From contig NC_086097.1 in NCBI RefSeq assembly GCF_963921235.1, forward strand, positions 171,494,001 through 171,558,000: a DNA stretch of 64,000 nucleotides, given 5' to 3'. The translations under genes were made by a program, and so were the position numbers. Positions within the stretch are counted from its first letter, which is position 1, and every line of letters starts with the position of its first letter. The notes beneath the pieces were generated by a model that saw only the letters and a program-made list of their open reading frames with translations, ran no database searches and was not told the DNA's origin. This document shows positions 28,222-43,028 of the stretch, in pieces. Origin of the DNA: Mobula hypostoma. Taxonomy: Eukaryota.

Positions 28222-29058
28222 ATCAATTAATCAAAGTACATTTATTATCAAAGAACGTATAAATTATACATCTTGAGATGTATACAGGCAGCCACAAAAC
28301 AAGAAACCAGAAGAACCCAATTTAAAAAAAAGAAAGACCATAGCTTCTGTGCAGAGAAAGAGGAATAAAACACATACATCATGCAAATGTCAGCATTCTG
28401 AACCAAATGGAATCCTTAGATTCACTCCCTGGAGCAGCCCAAGTAGTAGGCCCAAGCCTCGATCTCAAATTCATCATAAACACTGCGAAAACACTGCAGA
28501 GACGATAGCCACTGGAGAGAGGAAAGAATATTGTGGGAGAGCAATCGTAATCAGCCCAGCCCTTGCCTCCAAACTTGGGCTTTCCAGTGTATCTAGATGG
28601 CTTTTAAATTGTCCAAGCACCGAGTAGTGCCTCGCTCTAGGACCCAGGCCCCAGCATAGCAACACACCCAGGCCACACAGCTCAAAGCTGTTCTCGATCT
28701 CACCGAATTGGTTCAGAGCTTGGAATGATTCAACCTTACACCTGGGTTAGGTGGACGGGCATTTAAACTCTTTCACATTGACTCCTCTCCAAATCATTCA
28801 CTCTAACTCCGACAGTGATACCAACTCTGCCCGTGACCACGTCTTGAACACGTTGCACTCGAGCTTTACACTGCTCCTGAATGGCCCATCCCATGAATTA
28901 GCTTCACCTCTGCTTGCTTCTTCACTGTTTGCTATGATAGGTGACCCCAATTTACTTCAGAAAAAGCTTTATTAGTAATGGATTTAGTCGTATATTTTAC
29001 CTTCTGATCTACCAGTAAGCTGTCGCACAGCTTCAGTAGTGCCATCTTAAACTGAAGA
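28222..29058 (-). mobile_element. Putative full-length non-autonomous retroelement
   Basis: On the - strand it starts cttcagtttaagatggcac (AAGATGGC-type 5' end) and ends aataaatgtactttgattaattgat, a tail like the Rex1-type ends in this window. No coding homology seen. Confidence 0.55.
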
Positions 29059-29059
29059 T

Positions 29060-29505
29060 CTTAAATCAGAAGAGGTAACTATAGGGAAATATTGGACAAA
29101 GCTGGGTTGGTCTCCCTATGGCATTGGAAGCTGAGGAGAGACCTGATAGTGTTTTTTTAATTATGAGAGGCATAGGTAAGTAGGCAGTTAGAATAATTTC
29201 CCCAGGGAAGAAATGTCATATACCAGAGGTCATAGCTTATAAGATTAGAGGGGTGTCATTTAAAGGCAACATGAATGATATGTTTTTTACAGAGAGCAGT
29301 AGGTGTCTAGGATAGACTACCAGGGGTAGTAATGGGAGCAGGCAGCATGGTGGAATTTAAGAAGCTTTTACACAGACACATGATTCTGAAGTAACTGGAA
29401 GGATACCGATGATATATTGGAAGAGAACGTATATTATAAGTTGGCATCAAGACCGATGCAACACCATGTGGTGAATGGCTATCCAGTGTTGTACTGTTCT
29501 ACATT
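29060..29505 (+). mobile_element. CR1 3' fragment, decayed; similar pieces at ~35660-36065, 38895-39425, 61790-62243 and 63445-64000 (+)
   Basis: Relics of RGDLI, TRGH and FFTQR.V..WN.LP motifs with a gtactgttcta-type tail. Confidence 0.65.
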
Positions 29506-32055
29506 TATTGACAGTAGGTGAGGTTCTGCCCCTAGCCCACCTATCTATCATAGGTCTTTAGGGAGCAGGCATCAGGAAGTTAGCTTCACTTGTTGAAGCC
29601 CCAGTTAGGCATGGAAAGTGAGCTCATTTGGCTCTTTTTCACGAAGCAGTTTCGGGGTGGAAGGAAATAATGGACATCAGTCATGGATGGGCCAATTCTA
29701 TCTTGGTTTTATAAAAAATCAAAACTACCCGCAGAACCCAGAAATCTGAAAGAAAAACATGAAGAAAGACTCAGCAGGTCAAGCAGCATCTATGCAGAGA
29801 AGTAACTGATACTCTTTCCACAGAAGCAATGTGGCCTGATAGGTTTTGCAGCCATTTCAGTTTTGCTTCACCTTGAGTCAACATTTTGTTCTGAGGAAGT
29901 CTTCCATCCATGGAAATGTTCCAGTAAATCTTCTCTGCAATAATTAGAACTCTCATACAGTTGAACTATTAGGTGGGACATCAAGCTTTTGATAGACTTT
30001 GGGTGATCACTGACTGTTATGTGGACCAGGGGCTTTGGATGATCTTGGAAGTTAACTAACATGAATGCTGCATTGACCTCAATCTTTAGTTAGGTAGTAA
30101 AGTCACCTTTGATGGATACATTTCCATAGCTGCCATCACTCCTCAGAATAGGGTGGGTCTAAAATGAAGGGAGAACTGTTCTGTGATGACAGAAAACCTA
30201 CAAGTAATCATTGGAGACTGGGGTGCCAAGGCTCAGAGTTCCATCAGCACTGAGGAGTGCCTGGATGGAGAGAGTGAGGTCTGCAGCCTTAGGATGGAGA
30301 CTGAGGAGTCACAGTCAGAGCAAAACCTTCCATCCTGTAACAAAACATCACAGGAAACTTTTTGGGTGAGTCACTGAACAGCTCAGCCATTGTTCCTCAA
30401 GGATACGTTCTGGAAAATTGGTTCTTTTGCACATTTTTGTAAGCCTGGGTGAACAGTGTTATAGAGAGACATACAGTAGTATCATATAGCACAGAAACAG
30501 GCCCTTTGACTCAACTTCTCCATACTGACCAGGATGCCCATCTAGCATTTGGCTCATAACCTTCTAAACTTCTCTTATCTCCATTTGATTCCATCAGCCC
30601 ATCTACCTCTCTTCAGCTATCACCTGCTTGCTTTTCCTCCACTCCCTATCCTTACCTTGTTATACTGGCTATCTTCCCTGTACCCTTTCAGCTCAGAAGA
30701 AGAATCTTGATCTAAAACATTGACTGTCTATTTCCCAGTGAGTTTCCCTTAGCAGCTCATTCCTTGCTCCTGATTCTGGTATCTGCAGTTTGAAATTGGA
30801 ATTGGTTTATTATTGTCACATGTACCAGCATATAGTGAAAGGCTTGTGTTGTGTATTGTTCATACAGGTAAAATCCTTTTTCCTTTGTACATTGAGGTAG
30901 TAGAAGGGAAAATAATACCAGAATGCAGAATCAAGTGTTACAGTTACAGAGGAAGTGCAGGCTATGAGGTCCCATAACGAGGTAAATTGTGAAGTCAAGA
31001 ATCTGTCTTATCCAACTAGGGAACCATTCAATGGTCTTATAATAGCTGAATAGAAGCTGACCTTGAGCTGGGTGATACGTGCTTTCAGGTTTTTGTTTCT
31101 TCTCCCCAATGCGGTTGGAGAAGAGAGAATGTCCGGTGTAGGTAGGGTCTCCTTTCCATCATATGGGATAAAATTGTGACATTGTTGTGTTTCCTCAGTA
31201 ATCTGCAGGAAAACAGATCTCCCTGTTAAAGCCCATTGGTGCTGGAAAGAGGGAGCAATTCTGTAGCTGTATCCTAGTGAGCATTTGTATGTTCTGGAGA
31301 GGGACAAAGAGAAACATACCTAAACTGATAATTCATTTTGCAGCAGCTCCCTCCTGTGCTGTTAAAATACTCAGACTTCTTAACAATTTACAGCAATAAA
31401 TAACTGCAAGACATCTAGGTTGCTCTTCATCTGCCCTTGCTATATTTTCCAGGAAGATATCACTTTCATCTTGTCATGCTTCTGTCAGACAATGCCAAGG
31501 GAAACTTTTGAGATTCCCACGTGTATTTCTTCTGGTAAAGTAACAAAACAAGCCTTCAATGTCAAAAACAAAATTGAGGAGGTTTTCATTGTAAAATGAA
31601 ATTTAACTTCTTGCAAACTGAGGATCTGTGAAAACAATCACCATGTCTGCATGAAGAACCCACTCACAGCACAAGGAGAAGACTTCAGGGGTTTGCCTCA
31701 AGGACCACAGGTTTAATGATAAACAGGGTTCGGTCTCAGTATTTCACTTCGCAAGGACAGAAAATGAGTTGCTGGAGGAAGGCAATGTGTGAAGCAGCAT
31801 CTGTGGAGGGAGATGGGCACTTCATCTGCAGTGACTCCAGCTGCTTGGTATCTTCAGCAATCGCAGGTGTGTGTGTGTGTGTATGATGCACTGCAATATA
31901 ACCAGTAATTCAAACAAAGAAAAGAACTCAGTAAAAATAGCTCATATTGTGTAAAATGGCATGACTTACTGTTGTTTGGTTTACAGACAGCCAGTTTTTT
32001 TTCTCCAGAAGCAAGCAAACTGAATGCTCTACCCTGTACATTAGTATAACTCAAG

Positions 32056-32180
32056 GCACGGTAGTGTGGTGGTCAGCACAGTTCTTTACAGTACAGGTGA
32101 CCCAGGTTCATTTCCCACTGCCGCCTGTAAAGAGTTTGTACATTCTCCATGTGACTGTGTGGGTCTCGTCTGGGTGCTCA
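32056..32180 (+). mobile_element. tRNA-derived V-SINE (HE1-like) head; other copies at ~37940-38240, 39545-39800 and 53000-53150 (-)
   Basis: A-box-like tagtgtggtgg, B-box-like ggttcatttcc, then V-domain-like ggagtttgtacattctccatgtgactgtgtgggt..gggtgctc. Confidence 0.7.
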
Positions 32181-32880
32181 GCAATCTTGTCTCTTGCCTC
32201 CTTCAATGACCTGGTGTAAGTCCCATCAGGCCCTGGGGACTTATCTGCCTTAATACTCATTAGGGTGCCCAACACTTCTTCCACCTTGACCTCTAAATGT
32301 CCTACCATATTTATACACTCAGCTCTGATCTCCTGGTGCTCCATATCCTTTTCATTGGTAAATACTGAAGCAAAGTACTCATTAAGTACCTCAGTCACAT
32401 TCTGCACATCCAAGCAAATTATCATCCCCTTTCCGTAGTTATCCTCTTGCCATTGATGTATGTATAGAATGCTTTGGGATTCATCTAGCTTGCCAAGGAC
32501 TTTTCATGGCCCCTCCTGGCTTTCCTAGTTCCCTTCTTTAGTTCTCTTCTGGCTTCTTTATACTCCTTGTGTGCTTTGTTTGATCCTAACTTCTGAAACT
32601 CGACATAATTTTCCTTTTCCTTCTTAACTAAATTTATCACCTCTCTGGACATCCAAGGTTCTCTTATCTTTCCATCCCCATCCTTCCTCCTAACAGGAAC
32701 ATACCTTTCCTGTCCTCTGTGCAATTGATCTTTAAATACCCTCCACATGTCTCATGCACCAGAACCAATAAGCGGTTCTTAGTTCCTGCCTAATGCCCTC
32801 ATAATTTGCCCTACTCCAGTTCAAATCTCTCCCACAAGGACCAGGCCTATCCCTATCTATAGTTATCGTGAACATGTTGA
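32175..32880 (-). mobile_element. CR1 ORF2 fragment (EN-RT linker)
   Basis: LNEYFASVFT..KADKSPGPDG; EPWMSREV; NWSRANYEGIRQEL. Confidence 0.8.
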
Positions 32881-33279
32881 TTAATCTTTTCTGAGCTCCT
32901 TCTGGTGCTACCACATCCTTCCTGTCGTGTGCTGACCAGGACTACACGCAGTATTCCAAGTGCAGCCTATCAACGATTTCTACATCTGTTACATGGTATC
33001 CCAACGACTATACTCAGTGCCTTGGCTGATGAAGTCAAGCATACTGTGCGCCTTATTTTCCGCTCTGTATACCTGTGTCTCCAATTTCAGAGAAATATGG
33101 AATAGGCTACAGTCCACATGAGTAAGATGCTTACTTGAGCAGCATCACAGTCACATAGCTTCGTATAAGCAGCATTCACAAAAGAAGCATAAACTAAACA
33201 TAACTTATTCCTAAATTTTACAAGAAATAACGCAGGTTGAACAAAAAAAATGTAAGTATAAAGTTTTAAGTGCTAAGAG

Positions 33280-33283
<4 letters not shown>

Positions 33284-33323
<40 letters not shown>
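33284..33323. repeat. (CA)n microsatellite, ~20 units
   Basis: Direct reading of the sequence. Confidence 0.98.
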
Positions 33324-33328
<5 letters not shown>

Positions 33329-33416
33329 TATATTTGTTGTGAAAGGGAACCAGAGCACTTAGAGAAAAACCAAACAATCACAGTGATAGTGTCAAACTCC
33401 ATACAGACAGCACCTA

Positions 33417-35045
<1,629 letters not shown>

Positions 35046-36249
35046 TATGGTCAGGTTGAACCTGAGTCACTGTAGCTGTGAGGTAGCAGTGATTGTTCAT
35101 TTTGTCCTGACATTTCCTCACTTGAGCATGTCATATTTAGTTTGATAATGCTCCTCAGAACATCTTGCAACAATAATACATATGCCAGTGTGGGTGTTGA
35201 CATACTTCATAGCAGTCCAATATTACCTGCTATGTCAATAGAAATTTAGCTTATTAAATGAAGGCATTTAAAATATGCTGGTCCAAATGGGTAAATTACT
35301 AGGTGCACTAGATATTGTACCTGAATAAAATGTTATAGTATCACTGAAAGGCAGCATCATTTCAGCAAAGAAAGAATATAGCACAGCAAATGATTTCTTT
35401 GCAAACTGCCTTTCACACTGTTTTGTGGGCATTATTTCCAGATAATCTATACCTTGGAGATGACATCTTGTTATTGATTCTGGCAGTCTAGGATTAACCC
35501 TGCGCATGTTGACAACTGTGATTTAGTCAGATTGAAGGTTTGTACCCAATTTAGCAAGAGCAGGATTCATAGTCAGCACACGCCTTCTCTGCATATCACT
35601 TGAGAATTTTTTAGCAGATTGAGGTGAGGTGATCTCCCGTTTCTTCCACATCGATGTATATAGCATTTCTCCAGGGAAGATCAGATAGAAATTTATAAGA
35701 TTATGAGAGGCATAGATGGAGTAGAGAGCTGGTATCTTTTTCCCAGGGTCAATATGTCTAATAGTTGAAGACATGCATTAAAAATGAGAAAGTGGCTAAG
35801 TTGAAAGGGGACATATTGGGCAAGTTTTATTGTTCATAAAGTGGTGAGTGCCTGGAATCTGCTGCCAGAGATGGCACTGAGGCAAGTATGATAGCCGCAT
35901 TTAGAGGCTCTTAGATAGGCACTTGAATGTACAGAGAATGGAGGGATATGGATGTGTAGGCAGAAGGGACAAGATAAGTTAGGCTTTTAATTACTAGTTC
36001 AACTAGCCTGCTAAAACATGACTGAAGGGCTTGCTCCTGTAGTGTACTGTTCTATATTCTATGTTCCTCTATATTCAATCAATAGATTAAAACACCATAA
36101 TCTGGAACTCTAGGAAATTAGGTGGCACTGGAAGACCAAATTTTCAAGACCATTTGATGTTATTCACCATGAATATGGGATTACATGGTTTATGTTTTAT
36201 AAGAAAGGCAAGAAGAGGGGGCGAAACCACTTTGTTTATTCCCTTTAAT

Positions 36250-37427
36250 CTCTGTTTTAAAGGGACGTCCTTCTAGTCTGAGGGTGTGACCTCTGGTTCC
36301 AGATGCACACACCACAGAAACATACTCCACACATCCACTCTATCTAGGTCCTTCAATATCCAACAGGTCTCAATGAGAACTACCCCCCCCCCACCAATTC
36401 TTCTAAACTCGAGCAAGTATGGAATATTTCATTCACGGAATCATTCACGTGAACCTCCTCTGAACCAATGCTAGAACATCCTTCATCAGATAAGGGGCCC
36501 AAAACTGTTCACAGTACTCCTAGTACAGTCTGAACAATGCTTTCTATAGCCTCGGTATTAGATCTTTGTTTTTATATTCTATTCCTCTAAAAGTGAATGC
36601 TAACATTGCATTTTCCTACCTAACCACTGAGTCAGCCTGCAAGTTAACCTACAGGGTATCCTGCTCAAGGACTCCCAAGTCCCTTTGCTCCTCTGATTTC
36701 TGAATTCGCTTCATGTTTAGAAAAGAATCTATACCTTTATTCCTTAAACCATAAGTCAGAGGAGTAGAATCGGGCCATTTAGCCCATCGAGTCTGCTTCT
36801 GCCATACCATCATGGTTGACCCAGATCCTTCTCAACCCCATAAACCTGCCTTCAATTTTTGCTTTAAATATACCCATGACCTTGGCCTCCACAACTGTTT
36901 GTGGCAGAGCCTTCTACAGATTCACTATTCTCTGACTAAAAAAATCCTCCTTAGTTCTGTTCTAAAGGGTTATCTCTCAATTTTGAGGTTGTGCCCTCTA
37001 GTTCTGGACACCTCACCATAGGAAACATCCTCTCCATATCCACCTTGCCTAGTCCTTCCAATCAGTAGGTTTCAATGAGATACCCCTCTGCTTTACCAAA
37101 GTGCATGACCATACGCTTTTCCACACTGTGTTCCATCTGCTACTTCTTTGGCTTTTCTTCTAATCTGCCTAAGTCCTCCAGCAGACTACCTGTTTCCTCA
37201 AAACTACCTACCTCTCCACCTATCTTTGATTTGTCTGCAAAGCTATCAATTCCATCATCCAAATCATTAATGTATAACATGAAAGAAAGTGGTCCCAGCA
37301 TAGACCTCCATGGAACATCAATAGTCACTGACAGCCAGACAGAAAAGGCCCCTTAGTTCCCACACTTTGCCTCCTGCCAATCAGCAAATCATCTATCCAT
37401 ACTCGTATAATTCCTGTAATACCATGC
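36250..37427 (-). mobile_element. CR1 fragments (RT and 3' region), with a second CR1 3' end inserted at ~36748-37085
   Basis: SMLGPLSFMLYINDLDDGIDSFADK; HGITG..WIDDLL.GRRQ. Confidence 0.75.
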
Positions 37428-38288
37428 GGTACTACACGGTGCAGAAAATATTTTGTCACTGAGGTGTGGGGAAAGATGGTTCCATCATTTTGGGCAGCAG
37501 AAACCTGTGCATCTGTAGACCTCAGGAAGGTAGAAAGGATTGTGAATTCTCTTAACATTGAATACTGTTCTGGTGAGCTGCTGAACAGGTAAAAATCCTT
37601 TCAAATCCAAAATCTGTTGCAGATAAGCAAAACACGTGAAAGTGACTGGTGCTAACATTGAGGTGATCTAGCAATCTTCAGTTACTTTCCTCCAAAGAAA
37701 CAGACCTAATCAACAATGCGATGTGGAAATACATTAGCTACACTTGTTCAGCAAACACACAGACTCACCTAAAAACTTAATTAGTATGTGGATAAAGTGC
37801 ATAAGAGCTCTGATGTATCAATGGACATAATTAAATTGAAGTTTTTTCCCTTGATATTTGAGAATTGCTGAGAGGTGCTCACATCTGAAGCACAGAACTA
37901 TCTAAAAGTCATTATTGACACAGACTAAAATAAATGAGTGGTGCAGTGGTGCAGCAGGCAGAGAAACTGGCTCACAGAGATCACAACCTTGAGTGCTGTC
38001 TGTGAGAAGCATTCTCCTTGTGACCTCAGGGTTTTGTCTGGGTGCTCCAGAACCCATTAAAAAAAGACCAACAAACACCCAATGTGCAGAGAGAAAACAA
38101 ACACACATCGTGCAAATAAAATATCTGGAGGTATTGAAGGGGAATATGGGGAGAATAAAATAGGATTGGTATAGAACGAGAGTAGATTGATAGTTGATGG
38201 TCAGTGTGCACTTGGGCTGAATGAAGGACCTGTTTTAGTGCTGTATGACTCAGTGACTCTCCAAAACTAATTTAAACTTGGATTGGTC

Positions 38289-38760
38289 GTTCTCCATCAT
38301 ATCTGACAATGACAGGAAATGTTTGTGGGAGGGTTTTTAAAGAGGAAAAGCCACTGCACTGGGACAGTTTCGCTCTCTCGACTTCAGAATTCTGAGTCCA
38401 GTAGTATGAACAAGCATCACAAACAGGGGTCTTCCTTACTTAGAGTGGATGATCATGACGTCTTCTGTGCCTTGTTATGCCTCTGGCTGTCCACAGAGGG
38501 TTGTAGTACCATCTTTCTAGCCACTGGATCTCATGGTAGATCTTATCCGCACAGTTGGCTAGAGCTGACTTCACATGCAAGGACAGACATGTCCCCATCT
38601 CACCGGGGTATGAGGTTGCCAGCTACACTCACCTGGTTTAGCCCACCTGGTGAAGCAGTGTATGGGGTGTGGATGCAAACAGATTCTTGAAGCCACAGGT
38701 GGAGACCAAATGTGAGTGAGCCCCTTCACCAGAGGTGCTACCCCTCCCTGGACACCCCAT
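38289..38760 (-). repeat. Interspersed repeat, possibly derived from an RTE 5' UTR
   Basis: GC-richer block with gtggatgatcatgac and acatgtccccatctcaccgggg motifs reminiscent of RTE ends. Unverified. Confidence 0.35.
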
Positions 38761-40282
38761 TTAAAATAGGCCATGTTTATTTTCTTTCAAACTTTGATGC
38801 TAATCTTGGGAACCTACAAGCAAGAATGACAGACTTAAGAATGTCAGCAGGTGCAGGTCGGTTTGGAAACCTGGAACAGATCATTCGTAACAAGTCATTG
38901 CTGAGGCTACACATGAGAGACTACAGCAAAGATACCATTAAGCTGGAAAGAATGCAGCAAAGACTTACAAGATTGCCAGCGCCTGGAGACTGGCATATAA
39001 GGAGAAATTGGGCAGGCTAGGATTTTATTCGTTGGAGTGTAAGAGACTGAGGGTGATCTGATAGAGAGTAAAATAATCATGAAGGACATAGAAAGGGTGA
39101 ATATACAGAGTCTTTTCTCTCAGGGGTGGGAAACTAAGAATTTATGGGCATAGATTTAAAGTGAGAAGGAAAAATGTAATAGGAACCTGAGTGGCAGTTT
39201 TTCCACAGGGAGGGTGGTGCATATATGGAACGAACTACAGAGGAAGTGATTAAAGGAGGTACAATACAATACTTTAAAAATATTTGGATAGGTACATGGA
39301 TTTGAGGTTTAGAGGGATGTGAGCCAAACACAGGCAAATAGGACCAACATAGATTGAGTATCATGGATGGTATGGACTAGTTGGCCTGAAAGTTGTGCTT
39401 CCGTGCTGTACTGCTCTGTAACTATGGCTCAGTGCAGGACACATGCTGTAGATTTCAGGACTGCTGTAGGAAGCATGTCAGCCACTTGCACTTTGTTAGG
39501 CTGACCCTGATGACAGTTTTTGGTGTTGCTCTGTGAAACGATGGAATCAGCAGAGCTACTGTCTCCTGTCTCCAGAGACCCAGGTTCAGTCCTGACCTCA
39601 GGTCTGGTGTTTGTGTGTTCTCGCCATGAATGCACCAGGTGCTCCAGTTACTTCCCGCATGCCAAAGATGTTGCTAGCCTATAGATGAGTGCTAAAATCT
39701 GGGGGGAGTTGATGTGACAAAAAATAACTAATGAACTGGGATTGATGGAATTGCTCTGGCTGTCGGTTTGGTCCTGATGGGTTGAATGTCTTCCTTCTAT
39801 ATCACAAGGTTTAAAAAAACCTTTCACTTTGACTTTCTGTCTCATTAAGCTAATCTCACCTCCAGTTCTAAATACCCTTGTCACATCTATTTTGCTGACT
39901 GTCATTATTTCTTTATTCTCCCCTATTTCATCATGCCTCCCCAAATTCTACATGCACCTACACAAGGGGGCGAGGGGCTGGGGGAGTTAATTTCACACGT
40001 AGTTAAATCATGTACGTATAATTTATTAATTTGTTGATGTTAACATATGTTTGTCTTTGTGATTCTCTGTGATACAGCGGCAAAAAGCTAATTTTCATGG
40101 CATGTATGTCTTGACATTTCCAAGTTGAAACCTGAAACACTCACAGTCGGTAGCAGCCTTTAGATCAGCTCTCCATGGCCAAATCATTTCAGCCCGTAGA
40201 AACAGGTGGAGACAATTTAAACCTTCAAACTTTTCCACTAGTCAGTGAGATTAGACCATAGAACAGTATAGCACAGGAACAG

Positions 40283-40456
40283 AAACATGAGCAAATCTGT
40301 AGATGCTGGAAATCCAAAGCAACGCACACAAAATGCTGGAGGAACTCAGCAGGCCAGCCAGTATCTACGAAAAAGGTTAAACAAGTGTGTTTACTCTTTT
40401 CAATCAATACTGCCCGGCCTATTGAGTACTTCCAGCATTTTGTGTGTGTTGCTTTG
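40283..40456. mobile_element. Hairpin (inverted-repeat) element with 12-bp target duplication
   Basis: Arms aaagcaacgcacacaaaatgctggaggaactcagcaggcc and ggcctattgagtacttccagcattttgtgtgtgttgcttt; gcacaggaacag at 40271-40282 and 40457-40468. Confidence 0.8.
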
Positions 40457-40661
40457 GCACAGGAACAGGACCTTCAGTCCATTATGTCTGCCATGTCCAT
40501 TGCTTCAATCTAAACTAAGATGATCTACTTCCATGTCCTGAGCCCTGAACGTACATGCAATCATAAGAAAGTGCACCAGCATGCTTACTTTCTTACAAGG
40601 TAAAGAATCAGAATCAGGTTTATTATCACCGGCATGTTACGTGAAATTTGTTAACTTAGGA

Positions 40662-41446
40662 CAGAGGTCCCCAACCTTTTTTGCACCGCGGCCTGGTTTA
40701 ATATTGACAATATTCTTGTGGATTGACTGACCCGGGGTTGGGGGGGGGGCGCGGTGTTCAAGTAGGGTTAAACTCACCTCAACATGTCTTTTACAGTTAA
40801 GGTTGCCAACTTTCTCACTTCCAAATAAGGGACAAAATTAGCAGTCAAATCCCGGGACACTTTACCCCAGGAAAGACTACCATGACCATGAAGCCTTGCG
40901 CAGGCACCTGTGTGCGCATGCGTGACGTACACGTACATGCCAATTTTTTTTCCCACAAATCGGTTTTGGCTTAATCTTCCCAACTATACTGTACATACAT
41001 TATTTCTACTTGATATAGGCTGTATATTTATCATATCGTTCCTGCTTTTACGATATATTAATGCTATTTTCGGTTTTATGTGTTATTTGGTATGATTTGA
41101 TAGGTTATTTTTGGGGTCTGGGAATGCTCAAAAATTTTTCCCATGTAAATTAATGATAACAGCTTCTTCGCTTTATGCCATTTCGGCATGAAAGGCTTCA
41201 TAGGAACGCTTTACCTTAGCGGGGAAATACAGGACAAGGGTGGTCCCGTATGGGACAAACCAATTTAGCTCAGTATATGGGATGTCCGGCACATACGGAA
41301 CAGTTGGCAATCCTATGTTCAAGTTCAACAGTGCGTGACAGGGAATGAGGAGAGGTGCAGCTGACTCATAATCGTTTCCTCACGGCCCGGTAGCACATGC
41401 TTTGCGGCCCAGTACCGGTCCGCAGCCCGGTGGTTGGGGATCGCTG
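40662..41446. mobile_element. Non-autonomous hAT (Buster/Charlie-type) element with 8-bp TSD
   Basis: TIRs CAGAGGTCCCCAACC...GGTTGGGGATCGCTG; TSD acttagga at 40654-40661 and 41447-41454 (central TA). Confidence 0.9.
40763..41315. mobile_element. Second non-autonomous hAT (Blackjack/Tip100-like TAGGGTT ends) nested in the former
   Basis: TAGGGTT...GTTGGCAATCCTA; TSD tgttcaag at 40755-40762 and 41316-41323; internal TIR-like taaggttgccaac at 40798. Confidence 0.8.
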
Positions 41447-43028
41447 ACTTAGGAGATTTGGCTTATCACCAGTCAACAAACTTCAGCAAATGTACCGTTG
41501 AACACAATCTGACTGGCTGCATCATCGTCTGGTAGAGTAATTCGAATCTGCAAAAATGTAAGAAGCTGCAGAGAGTAGAGGTCACTGCCCAATATATTAT
41601 GGCTATATCCTGCCCCACCACTGATAATGTCCATAGGAGTTGCTACCACAAGAAAGTAACATCCATTATCAAACATACCACCATCCGAGCCATGCCATCT
41701 TCTCACAGCTACCGACGGGCAGGAAGTACAGAATCCTGGAGACACCCACACCAACAGGTTCAAGACCAGCTACTTCCCTTCAATTAGCAAATCACTAGCC
41801 ACTGTTGTTTAGACCATAAGACCATAAGATATAGCAGCAAAATTAGACCATTTGACCCATCGAGCCTGCCCCTGAGAAAAAAAGACTGCGTATTCACCCT
41901 TTCTATGCCCTTCATGATTATTTTACTCCCTATCACAGCTGATCCAATCTTTCTCTCAGCTCCAATATCCTGCCTTCTCCCTATATCCCTTTGTGTCCTG
42001 ACCAATCAAGAATCTAGCAAACTCTGCCTTAAATATCTATAAAGAATTGGCTTCCAAGCTTAGACTCTCCTACCATAGGAAACATCCCTTCCACTCTATC
42101 AAGGCCCTTCACCATTCAATAGGTTTCAATGAGGTCACCCCTCATTCTTCTCAATTCTAATGAATACAGGCTCAGAACCATCAAACACTCTTCATATGAC
42201 AAGCCATTCAATCCTGGAATCATTTTCGTGAACCTCCTTTGAACCTCCTCCATTTTCAGTACATCCTTTCAAAGATAAGGGGCCCAAAAGTGCTCACAAT
42301 ATTCCAAGTCAGGCCTCACCAGTGTCTTATATACTGTAGTTTCAACATTGTATCCTTGCTTTTATTTTGTATTTCTCTTGAAATGAACGCTAACATCACA
42401 TTTACCTTCCTCACCGCAGACTCAACTATCAAAATAATCTTTAGGTAATCCTGCACAAGACCCCTTAGTCTATTTGGGCCTCAGTTTGTTAATATTTTCT
42501 CTCCATTTAATAATAGTCAACCCTTTAGTTTCTTCTACCAAAGTGCATGACCATACACTTCCTGAAACTGTACTTCTTTGCCACTTTACTTCTCTTAATC
42601 TATCTAAATTCTTCTGTAGCGTCTCTACGTCTTCAAAACTACCTGTTCCTCCCCCATCTTAATTTTGTCTGCAAACTTTGCATCAAAGCCATCAACTCCT
42701 TCATCCAAATCATTGACATATAATGTAAGAAGAATCGGTCCCAACACATACCCCTCTGGAACACCACTAGTGACCGACAGCCAGCCTGAAAAGGCTCTCT
42801 TTTTTCCCACTCTTTGCCTCATGTAAATCAGCTACTGTTTTAATCCATGCTAGAATCTTACCGGTAATACTATAGGCCCGTAACTTGTTAAGCAGCCTCA
42901 TGTGCAGCACCTTGTCAAAGGCCTTCTGAAAGTCCAAGTACACAACATCAACCAATTCTCCTTTGTCTATCCTGCTTGTTGTTTCTTCAAAGAATTCAAC
43001 AGATTTGTCAGGGAAGATTTTCCCCTGA

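Noticed and set aside
31453..31534. Possible + strand exon (ttttccag|gaag ... ctg|gtaaag)
   Set aside because: Translations resemble no known protein, the donor is weak and no partner exons were found.
32056..32125. tRNA gene
   Set aside because: It is the tRNA-derived head of a SINE that continues into V-domain-like sequence; no convincing cloverleaf.
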